Shown: positions 55,421 to 61,713 of the stretch, piece by piece
Numbering within the stretch: position 1 is the first letter of the stretch
How the letters are laid out: every line of letters begins with the position of its first letter
IMG/VR virus record: IMGVR_UViG_3300021399_004696
DNA length: 64,000 bases
Reading direction: 5' to 3' (one strand)
Origin: an uncultured virus (IMG/VR IMGVR_UViG_3300021399_004696)
Taxonomy: Duplodnaviria; Heunggongvirae; Uroviricota; Caudoviricetes
Position numbers and translations under genes: made by a program
The notes under the pieces: generated by a model
Database searches by the model: none
What the model was told of the DNA's origin: nothing
What the model saw: the letters and a program-made list of their open reading frames with translations, nothing else

Positions 55421-56359
55421 ATGAGTATGCTTACATTTGAAGAATTTAAGACCGAATGTATAAAAGTTTTTCAAGAATTGCATCCTGATGCAGAGGTTGA
55501 GATTATGCGTATGGTTAACCAAGGGGGCTATGACGGGATAGTCGTTAAAGGCGGGGAACGTCAACTTGGTGGAGCTACGGTTACTCCGGTTTTTAACGCG
55601 GATCAATCTTATAAAGAATATAAGTATGGTAAATACGATTCGATCGAAGAGTGTGTTAAAACTTTTGATAGATATCAGGCTCCCGCTAACGTGAAAGAAA
55701 CTGCGCAAAATCTTTTAGATTATGCTTGGGCGCGCGATCGTATTTTACCTGAATTGTTTAATCCCGAAACAGACGGGGCTCGTATAGAAACCCTTTTAAA
55801 CCGTGATTTTTTCAATCTCAGTCTTTGTTATTCTATTAACATAGATGAGCATAGTATACTACGCATTCCGCCGGATTTAGCGGAGACGTGGGGCGTTACG
55901 GAAGAAGATCTGTATTCGGTGGCAATGGAGAATTGTCTTAACAAAAAAGCTTTTGCTTCATATGGGATCGATTTAGGTACTTTTTTAAAGACTGGCGAAG
56001 CAAAGACTCAATCTATACAGAATTTCTTGCAACAGACAACAAAAACAAGCATGTTACTTAAAACCGATAACAAGATTAACGCAGCTCCGCTTTTGTTTGA
56101 TAAAGATATCTTTAATAAGTTGGAGGAACGTATCGGTAGTTATTATATAGCAATGCCGGCTAAAGGGGATATTTTGATATTCCCGACAGAAAATTTTAAC
56201 GATGAGGATTTGAAGTTTGATCTGGCGGAGCATGTTAAGGAATCATATTCTATGATCCCGCCGGAGGACAGACTGTCTTCTGAAATGTATTATTTTAACT
56301 CGTTGGAACAAGAGATAGATATGGTAGATCTATCTTTTAGAATATCCGATCTTTTATAA
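55421..56359 (+). CDS. DUF5688-like hypothetical protein
   Basis: WGVTEEDLY..AMEN and EDRLSSEMYYF patterns. Confidence 0.7.
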   Translation: MSMLTFEEFKTECIKVFQELHPDAEVEIMRMVNQGGYDGIVVKGGERQLGGATVTPVFNADQSYKEYKYGKYDSIEECVKTFDRYQAPANVKETAQNLLDYAWARDRILPELFNPETDGARIETLLNRDFFNLSLCYSINIDEHSILRIPPDLAETWGVTEEDLYSVAMENCLNKKAFASYGIDLGTFLKTGEAKTQSIQNFLQQTTKTSMLLKTDNKINAAPLLFDKDIFNKLEERIGSYYIAMPAKGDILIFPTENFNDEDLKFDLAEHVKESYSMIPPEDRLSSEMYYFNSLEQEIDMVDLSFRISDLL

Positions 56360-56372
56360 GGAGACTATAGAA

Positions 56373-56807
56373 ATGGCCAATATTATACTTCCCCAGGATT
56401 TTGTAGACAGTTGTGACGGTGATTGGACTATCAGAACTTGTGAAACAGCTCCGAATAATAATAAAGAAGAAAGTGTTTGGATCGAGTTTGAGGCTTGGTC
56501 TCCTGCAGGTGAAGATCTGCCTCTTGATCTGTATTTTGACGGAACATGTCAGTCTCTTATTAAATCGCTTCAGGAATACTGTGATACTTTTGATGTAGAC
56601 GAGCATGTTGAGTTGTGGATTGGTTCAAGAGGGCAGAGAGGAGTTCCCGGAACCGTCAGCGAGCTGTTAGAAGACGCAAAAGCTATCGACAAGATGCAAA
56701 AAGATCTTCTTAAATCCATTCAGGATTATTATAAATCTAAGCTCTTGGAAGACAGTATTGGCGCAATCAGGCTTGACCTTGAAATAGAGCCTGAGCGCGG
56801 GTTGTGA
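56373..56807 (+). CDS. hypothetical protein
   Basis: AAGGAG RBS; 144 aa. Confidence 0.8.
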   Translation: MANIILPQDFVDSCDGDWTIRTCETAPNNNKEESVWIEFEAWSPAGEDLPLDLYFDGTCQSLIKSLQEYCDTFDVDEHVELWIGSRGQRGVPGTVSELLEDAKAIDKMQKDLLKSIQDYYKSKLLEDSIGAIRLDLEIEPERGL

Positions 56808-56821
56808 TTTACAACTTAGAA

Positions 56822-56854
56822 TTCCGGGCATATTTAAGTAACTTGGGGTATCAT
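56822..56854 (+). promoter_or_regulatory. TTCCGGG-N20-TATCAT promoter motif upstream of the tRNA-array leader
   Basis: Recurrent motif; a second, extended -10 (TGtTATGGT) lies at 56939-56947. Confidence 0.65.
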
Positions 56855-57066
56855 ATTTTTAATACATAGAGAAGAAAAGGTTTTTAGAAAAATTTTTTTA
56901 AGTAACACCAAAAACGCCTGGACTTTTCAAAATGGATATGTTATGGTTAATTCAGATAAAAGGAAGTGCCTGCCTGATATCTGATTACAAGATCTTAAAT
57001 AGGGATTATTTGTAATTGGATATGAGACAGGCATTTTTAATGAAAAAGAAGAAAGGAAAAACGGTC

Positions 57067-57213
57067 ATGAAAACTATGTCGTTAAGAAAAGTGCATATGT
57101 GGAATCTGGAAACGCAGAAGATAAGTGCGTTGGCTTTCACCTGCTCACTTAATGATGTAGCAGAGCGTTTTGACGGTATTTACGGATATCCCAATACAGG
57201 TGGGCGATCTTAG
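57067..57213 (+). CDS. putative attenuator leader peptide (48 aa, all 20 amino acids)
   Basis: AAAGG RBS; 42 distinct codons; stop codon overlaps the antiterminator arm. Confidence 0.7.
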   Translation: MKTMSLRKVHMWNLETQKISALAFTCSLNDVAERFDGIYGYPNTGGRS

Positions 57214-57281
57214 GGTTATAGGATTATAAGTTGTTTCTATAAGATCGCTCGAAGTTTCAAAGGTTCGGGCGATTTTTTATT
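57202..57281 (+). promoter_or_regulatory. attenuator: antiterminator 57202-57212/57240-57250 versus terminator 57243-57253/57264-57274 plus T run
   Basis: Two mutually exclusive 11-bp helices share 57243-57250. Confidence 0.75.
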
Positions 57282-57372
57282 AGAAAAATCAAGTAGGGAA
57301 GGGGAGTGTTAAAAACAGGCATTAAAACAATAAGGGGGTCATTAAAGCAGGCACTTCAAGGCTCTCTTATCT

Positions 57373-57448
57373 GGACAGTAAGCTAATCTGGTGAAAGCAT
57401 CGGTTTGAAGCACCGAAGAGGTTGGATCGAAACCAACACTGTCCACCA
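57373..57448 (+). tRNA. tRNA-Phe(GAA), atypical
   Basis: Cloverleaf with CCA; A8, T-loop ATCGAAA, anticodon loop TTGAAGC. Confidence 0.75.
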
Positions 57449-57453
57449 TATAT

Positions 57454-57530
57454 GGGGCTTTAGCTCAGTTGGGATGAGCGTCTGCCTTGCAAGCAGAAGG
57501 TCACGAGTTCGATCCTCGTAAGCTCCACCA
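57454..57530 (+). tRNA. tRNA-Ala(TGC)
   Basis: Cloverleaf; G3:T70; CCA. Confidence 0.95.
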
Positions 57531-57535
57531 TATAT

Positions 57536-57612
57536 GCTCGATTAGCTCAGCTGGGATGAGCATCTGCCTTACAAGCAGAGGGCCGGGGGTTCGAAACCCT
57601 CATCGAGCACCA
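57536..57612 (+). tRNA. tRNA-Val(TAC)
   Basis: Cloverleaf; loop CTTACAA; CCA. Confidence 0.93.
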
Positions 57613-57616
57613 CAAC

Positions 57617-57666
57617 TTTATCGGTTCATGTGACCCGATAAATGGTCCGATAAATGACCCGATAAT
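57617..57666. repeat. 12-bp repeats TGACCCGATAAA-like (one inverted, three direct)
   Basis: 57617-57628 inverted; direct copies at 57631, 57643 and 57655. Confidence 0.7.
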
Positions 57667-57815
57667 ATCGATATTGTAAGCAGGCACTTTAATATCGAAT
57701 CGAACTTTGACAATTAAATATTCTTCCATATTCACTATATCCCTGTGGCGAAGGGTTGTTCAGGGTATTTCGGTGGATCGGCCTGAGCATAAAACCTAAC
57801 CGTCCACTGTCTTTT

Positions 57816-57891
57816 GTCCCATTGGTGTAATGGTTTAGCACTCCTGCCTTCCAAGCAGGCAATGAGGGTTCGATTCCCTTATGGGGCTCCA
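57816..57891 (+). tRNA. tRNA-Gly(TCC)
   Basis: Cloverleaf; loop CTTCCAA; TCCA end. Confidence 0.93.
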
Positions 57892-57896
57892 TATAT

Positions 57897-57983
57897 GGGT
57901 GGGTAAACCGTAGTTGGTAGCGGGTCAGACTGTAAATCTGATGTCTTTCGGCTCCGGGGGTTCGATTCCCTCCCCACTCACCA
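57897..57983 (+). tRNA. tRNA-Tyr(GTA)
   Basis: Loop CTGTAAA; long variable arm; CCA. Confidence 0.92.
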
Positions 57984-57987
57984 AAAT

Positions 57988-58064
57988 GGATGCGTAGCTC
58001 AGTTGGCAGTAGCAGCAGACTCTTAATCTGAAGGTCGCAGGTTCGATGCCTGTCGCATCCACCA
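57988..58064 (+). tRNA. tRNA-Lys(CTT)
   Basis: Loop CTCTTAA; CCA. Confidence 0.92.
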
Positions 58065-58069
58065 CATAT

Positions 58070-58145
58070 CGAGGTGTAAGCCAGTGGTCAGACGGCGTGC
58101 CTTGGGAGCACGAAGACGAAGGTTCGAATCCTTCCACCTCGACCA
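58070..58145 (+). tRNA. tRNA-Pro(TGG)
   Basis: C1:G72; loop CTTGGGA; CCA. Confidence 0.92.
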
Positions 58146-58152
58146 TTTATAT

Positions 58153-58226
58153 CGTAGCTTCTTTCAATGGTAGGAAGCCCGTCTGATAAGCGGGTAATAC
58201 AAGTTCAATTCTTGTAGCTACGACCA
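58153..58226 (+). tRNA. tRNA-Ile(GAT)
   Basis: Loop CTGATAA; CCA; divergent D arm. Confidence 0.85.
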
Positions 58227-58331
58227 GGCGGGCCGACATACTAGTTGTTGTCGGATAGTGGCCAGAAGCCGAAAGCGGTGTTCCCGAAAGAAAGGCGCGT
58301 TATCCTTTCGGTTAAAGCCGTCCCGTCGCCA
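58227..58331 (+). ncRNA. tRNA-like orphan RNA with acceptor-type stem and GCCA end
   Basis: GGCGGG/CCCGTC closing stem; internal hairpins; no canonical D or T loops. Confidence 0.5.
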
Positions 58332-58335
58332 CTAA

Positions 58336-58412
58336 GGGCATGTAGCTCAGTTGGTCAGAGCATCCGGCTCATAACCGGACGGTCCAGAGTTCGAGTCTCT
58401 GCTTGCCCACCA
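58336..58412 (+). tRNA. tRNA with CAT anticodon, probably Ile2
   Basis: CGG-CTCATAA-CCG arm and CGGTC variable loop as in Firmicutes Ile2. Confidence 0.85.
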
Positions 58413-58418
58413 CATTTA

Positions 58419-58451
58419 TTCCGGGTGTTGCGGTCTAACACAAAGTATAAT
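58419..58451 (+). promoter_or_regulatory. TTCCGGG-N20-TATAAT internal promoter
   Basis: Recurrent motif with a perfect -10. Confidence 0.75.
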
Positions 58452-58465
58452 AAATATGTTGACAC

Positions 58466-58545
58466 GGCGCGTTGGTGAAGCTTGGTTCAACACACCGCCC
58501 TTTCACGGCGGCACTCACTCGGTTCAAATCCGGTACGCGTCACCA
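58466..58545 (+). tRNA. tRNA-Glu(TTC)
   Basis: CCGCC-CTTTCAC-GGCGG arm; CCA. Confidence 0.9.
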
Positions 58546-58549
58546 AGAT

Positions 58550-58625
58550 GCTTCTATAACTCAGTTGGTAGAGTGACTGCCTTGTAAGCAGTAAGTCCAG
58601 GGTTCGAGTCCCTGTAGAAGCTCCA
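58550..58625 (+). tRNA. tRNA-Thr(TGT)
   Basis: Loop CTTGTAA; CCA. Confidence 0.93.
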
Positions 58626-58631
58626 AAAGCC

Positions 58632-58930
58632 CGCCGAGGCCCGATCGTAAGGTCGCAGGCTGTGAGGTGAAAGACGGATCGCTGAGACGGTGTAGCCGGT
58701 AGATATGCGTATCGAAAGCTTTAACGCGAAAGGCTCGGTTTATAAGCAACCGGTTAAATGCTTATCCCCAAAGGCTCCGCGGGGTAAAAGCGGTTAGCTC
58801 CTAAACCGCAAGGCGCTTAGGGCGGGTGAAGGGGAGTTGCCTTATATGAGATCGATATAAGGTTTATGAAACTCCAAGCGCTAAAGTCGTCGACACCGTA
58901 ACGGACTGCAGTAACGTGTACAGGACGGCG
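58632..58930 (+). ncRNA. ~300-nt highly structured orphan RNA
   Basis: Nested long-range helices, GNRA loop and a potential pseudoknot; no ORF. Confidence 0.65.
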
Positions 58931-58938
58931 CATTATAC

Positions 58939-59013
58939 GGCCCTATGGTATAACGGCTATTATGGCGGATTGTCTCTCCGCAGACCGGGGTTCGACTCCC
59001 CGTAGGGTCGCCA
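58939..59013 (+). tRNA. tRNA-Asp(GTC)
   Basis: Loop TTGTCTC; GCCA end. Confidence 0.88.
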
Positions 59014-59180
59014 GTTAAGTGAGGGAGTTTCGGGAAAGGCTAATGGCTTTGAAAAAAGCTATTGGTCGGCACTGAAACAGGAAACGTGCAAAGAAGGGTT
59101 AGCCTTCATAAAGATGCGGGGAAGCTTTCCAGGCATCTTGAACTATCAGTCCCGATGCCAAAGACGGTGCATGTGCTGAC
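59014..59180 (+). ncRNA. ~170-nt structured orphan RNA
   Basis: TCGGGA/TCCCGA stem enclosing four hairpins, including a 13-bp GAAA-loop hairpin. Confidence 0.55.
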
Positions 59181-59188
59181 TTTAATAT

Positions 59189-59264
59189 TCTCGGGTAGTT
59201 CAATCGGTAGAGCAACGGACTGTTAATTCGTGAGTTGTGGGTTCGAGTCCCACCCCGGGAGCCA
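59189..59264 (+). tRNA. tRNA-Asn(GTT)
   Basis: Loop CTGTTAA; GCCA end. Confidence 0.93.
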
Positions 59265-59359
59265 AATAATCTAGGAAAGTGAGGGTTAGGATAGTGTTGG
59301 GGACTCCTAAGCTGATTTCCAAAGCGGAGGACCTTCGGTCTTTATAAAGGAGTGCGAGG

Positions 59360-59704
59360 ATGGAAATAGAACGGATCTCCAAAGATGAATTTGTAAAAAT
59401 TCTAAAAAAGATACAAGACGATTGGGATTTTTATTCTTTAATATCTTCTTTAGGTCATAAGAATAACAGAGAGGATACTTTGAATATATCGCCTAAGACC
59501 GTTGATGTTGCGATTGAGCTTTTAGAAAAGCTAAGTGGGGATAGGTATGAATATATTTCCTGGTGGTGTTTCGAAAAAGATTTCGGAAGACGAGTTGATA
59601 TAAATGTTTATGAAGGAAAGGGCGAAGATCAAATAGTTCCTACAGATACGGCGGAGGATCTTTATGATCTGATTACGCAGAATTTGCAAGAAAAAGCTTC
59701 TTAA
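59360..59704 (+). CDS. hypothetical protein within the tRNA array
   Basis: AAGGAG RBS; ISWWCFEKDFG and TAEDLYDL. Confidence 0.8.
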   Translation: MEIERISKDEFVKILKKIQDDWDFYSLISSLGHKNNREDTLNISPKTVDVAIELLEKLSGDRYEYISWWCFEKDFGRRVDINVYEGKGEDQIVPTDTAEDLYDLITQNLQEKAS

Positions 59705-59760
59705 TAGCGGATAGAAGAGGAAGGTCGTGACCATCGCTATCTGCTACGACCATATATTAA

Positions 59761-59884
59761 GAAGAGGTAGGTTGGGATTAAGTTACCCGTTCGCAAGGCC
59801 TTACCACCCGAAACCTGTGAGAGTCAAATATCGGGGAACTCCAAGGGATTTACCCTTGCCAGCGGAGGTTGGGCTCCGCACTTC
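59761..59884 (+). ncRNA. ~125-nt multi-branched orphan RNA
   Basis: GAAG/CTTC closure enclosing four hairpins. Confidence 0.45.
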
Positions 59885-59886
59885 AT

Positions 59887-59961
59887 GTTGATCTTGGTGT
59901 AATGGTAGCATTACAGATTGTGGCTCTGTCGGTATGGGTTCAACTCCCGTAGATCAACCCA
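59887..59961 (+). tRNA. tRNA-His(GTG)
   Basis: G-1:C73 pair; loop TTGTGGC; CCA. Confidence 0.92.
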
Positions 59962-59966
59962 AATAC

Positions 59967-60040
59967 GCGCCATTGGTGTAATGGTAGCACATTAGCTTCC
60001 CAAGCTGACAGTACGGGTTCGATCCCCGCATGGCGCTCCA
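59967..60040 (+). tRNA. tRNA-Gly(CCC)
   Basis: Loop TTCCCAA; TCCA end. Confidence 0.92.
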
Positions 60041-60067
60041 TTTTACGCCACAAAAATTTAGTGACAA

Positions 60068-60143
60068 GCTCCTGTTCGTCGTCGGCCGGCGGTGCGGTCT
60101 GCAAAACCGTAACATGTGAGTTCGAGTCTCACCGGGAGCTCCA
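60068..60143 (+). tRNA. tRNA-Cys(GCA)
   Basis: Loop CTGCAAA; U73; divergent D loop. Confidence 0.82.
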
Positions 60144-60146
60144 TAA

Positions 60147-60222
60147 GCCCCCGTAGCACAACAGGAGGTGCAACGCCCTTCTAAGGCGAAGGTTGCAGGT
60201 TCGAGCCCTGTCGGGGGTACCA
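60147..60222 (+). tRNA. tRNA-Arg(TCT)
   Basis: Loop CTTCTAA; CCA. Confidence 0.92.
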
Positions 60223-60240
60223 GTAATGTTAAGTGAATAT

Positions 60241-60316
60241 GCCCCTGTCTTTCAACCGAATAGGAAAGCGGTTTCCTAAACCGCCAATCAGAGTTTGAGT
60301 CTCTGCAGGGGTACCA
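60241..60316 (+). tRNA. tRNA-Arg(CCT), divergent
   Basis: Loop TTCCTAA; T loop TTTGAGT; CCA. Confidence 0.8.
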
Positions 60317-60330
60317 CAAATGAGTAATGA

Positions 60331-60369
60331 TTTGTGATGATTTTTCGGTTTTGTGATGATTTGTGATGA
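60331..60369 (+). repeat. three copies of TTTGTGATGA
   Basis: Copies at 60331, 60350 and 60360. Confidence 0.65.
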
Positions 60370-60388
60370 CTTATCAACACTTTAAAAC

Positions 60389-60463
60389 GGTCGCGTAGGC
60401 TAATGGATAGACTTTCTGACTACGGATCAGACGGTGCGGGTTCGACTCCTGCCGCGATCGCCA
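60389..60463 (+). tRNA. tRNA-Arg(ACG)
   Basis: Loop CTACGGA; GCCA end. Confidence 0.92.
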
Positions 60464-60494
60464 CGTCTTATAAAACACGATGAAGAAAGGAGTG

Positions 60495-60995
60495 ATGAAT
60501 ATCGTGTTCAGACAAGCTAACGGAAGAGAAATATCGATGGAAGGAATCGCTAAGCGGATCGCGGGTTTCATCAATGCCGATCTTCAAAGTGAATACGAGG
60601 TTACCGTGGGTACCGACAGTCAGAACTTCAGTAAGACTAAGATGGTAGAAGTCATAGCGGTACATCGTGCAGGGACGGGAGGGATCTATTTTTATAGCAT
60701 CGATTATATTCCTCTTATTCAGAATCTGAAGCAAAAGATCAATGAAGAGACTTCACGTAGCCTTATGGTGGCTAATGAACTTATTGATGAGTTGACTTTT
60801 GCACTGATGGAGAAAGAGCAGGATATAGATGAACTGAAACTTTCTTTCCAGATCCACTGCGACATAGGAAAATATGGTAAGACCAGCATGTTGATAAAAG
60901 AGATCACTAGTTGGGTAACCAGTCAAGGTTATGTATGTCTTATCAAGCCTGACAGCTATGCAGCAAGTGCTATAGCAAACAAGTATAGTAAGTAA
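60495..60995 (+). CDS. RNase H-like YkuK (DUF458) family protein
   Basis: VGTDSQ, KINEETSRSL, IHCDIG, IKPDSYAAS..AN. Confidence 0.9.
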   Translation: MNIVFRQANGREISMEGIAKRIAGFINADLQSEYEVTVGTDSQNFSKTKMVEVIAVHRAGTGGIYFYSIDYIPLIQNLKQKINEETSRSLMVANELIDELTFALMEKEQDIDELKLSFQIHCDIGKYGKTSMLIKEITSWVTSQGYVCLIKPDSYAASAIANKYSK

Positions 60996-61036
60996 AGGTT
61001 TCGGCGTTCCTTAAAACCAAAAACGCCGATCCATAT

Positions 61037-61113
61037 GGCGCCATCCTATAAACGGTTAGTAGACCGGACTCTCAATCCGGCAATGTCGGGTTCGATCCCC
61101 ACTGGCGTCACCA
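61037..61113 (+). tRNA. tRNA-Glu(CTC)
   Basis: Loop CTCTCAA; CCA. Confidence 0.9.
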
Positions 61114-61116
61114 TAT

Positions 61117-61192
61117 GCAGGATTAGCTCAATTGGTAGAGCGTCGCCTTGCCATGGCGAAGGTTGCGGGTTCAAGCCCCGTATCTTGCTCCA
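61117..61192 (+). tRNA. tRNA-Gly(GCC)
   Basis: Loop TTGCCAT; TCCA end. Confidence 0.93.
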
Positions 61193-61206
61193 CTTTTATA
61201 ATAAAC

Positions 61207-61283
61207 GCTTCCGTGGCGCAATTGGCAGACGCAGGCGGTTCAGGGCCGTCAGGTTCCGAGTTCGAGTCTCGGCGGAAGCACCA
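61207..61283 (+). tRNA. tRNA-Leu(CAG), short variable loop
   Basis: Leu-type D loop; loop TTCAGGG; A73. Confidence 0.85.
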
Positions 61284-61299
61284 CTTTGGAAAAACATAC

Positions 61300-61379
61300 G
61301 CCCGCGTAGCAGAATTTGGCATATGCGCCAGACTAAGGATCTGGGTCTTTTCGGGGTTCGACTCCCCGCGTGGGCACCA
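61300..61379 (+). tRNA. tRNA-Leu(AAG), short variable loop
   Basis: Loop CTAAGGA; A73. Confidence 0.85.
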
Positions 61380-61381
61380 AC

Positions 61382-61414
61382 TTCCGGGATTTATCAAACT
61401 TTTTCTTGTAATAT
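61382..61414 (+). promoter_or_regulatory. TTCCGGG-N20-TAATAT internal promoter
   Basis: Recurrent motif. Confidence 0.7.
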
Positions 61415-61431
61415 TAATCTTAGGTTGAAAT

Positions 61432-61508
61432 GTCCGATTGATGGAATTGGCATACGTGCCTGACTCAAAATCAGGATTTTTCGGGTTCGAGTCCCGAATC
61501 GGACACCA
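61432..61508 (+). tRNA. tRNA-Leu(CAA), short variable loop
   Basis: Loop CTCAAAA; A73. Confidence 0.87.
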
Positions 61509-61620
61509 GCTGGGGATGCCCGAGCACTCAAAGGGGCCGGCGCGTATCACCGGTGTCCGATGGACGGCGTGCACCTTGCGTCCAGGACTGCGTAGGTATA
61601 GAATCCTGCTCCCCGCACCA
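61509..61620 (+). ncRNA. aberrant tRNA-Tyr-like RNA with very long variable arm
   Basis: Tyr-like D arm; 9-nt loop with GTA; T-arm-like hairpin; ACCA end. Confidence 0.6.
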
Positions 61621-61632
61621 ATTTTCTTAAAA

Positions 61633-61709
61633 GCCCAAGTAGGCCAATTGGCAGAACCACCGGACTTAAAATCCGTATCGTGCCGGTTCGAATCCGGTCT
61701 TGGGCACCA
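61633..61709 (+). tRNA. tRNA-Leu(TAA), short variable loop
   Basis: Loop CTTAAAA; A73. Confidence 0.85.
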
Positions 61710-61713
61710 ACAT

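Noticed and set aside
58227..58331. HDV-like (theta) ribozyme or 5S rRNA after tRNA-Ile
   Set aside because: The first helix closes at the extreme 3' end, incompatible with HDV topology; no 5S consensus.
58632..59180. tmRNA, RNase P RNA or group I/II intron
   Set aside because: No tRNA-Ala-like ends with a tag ORF, no GAGGAAAGTCC/P4 signature and no recognisable intron core by eye; an Rfam scan is needed for certainty.
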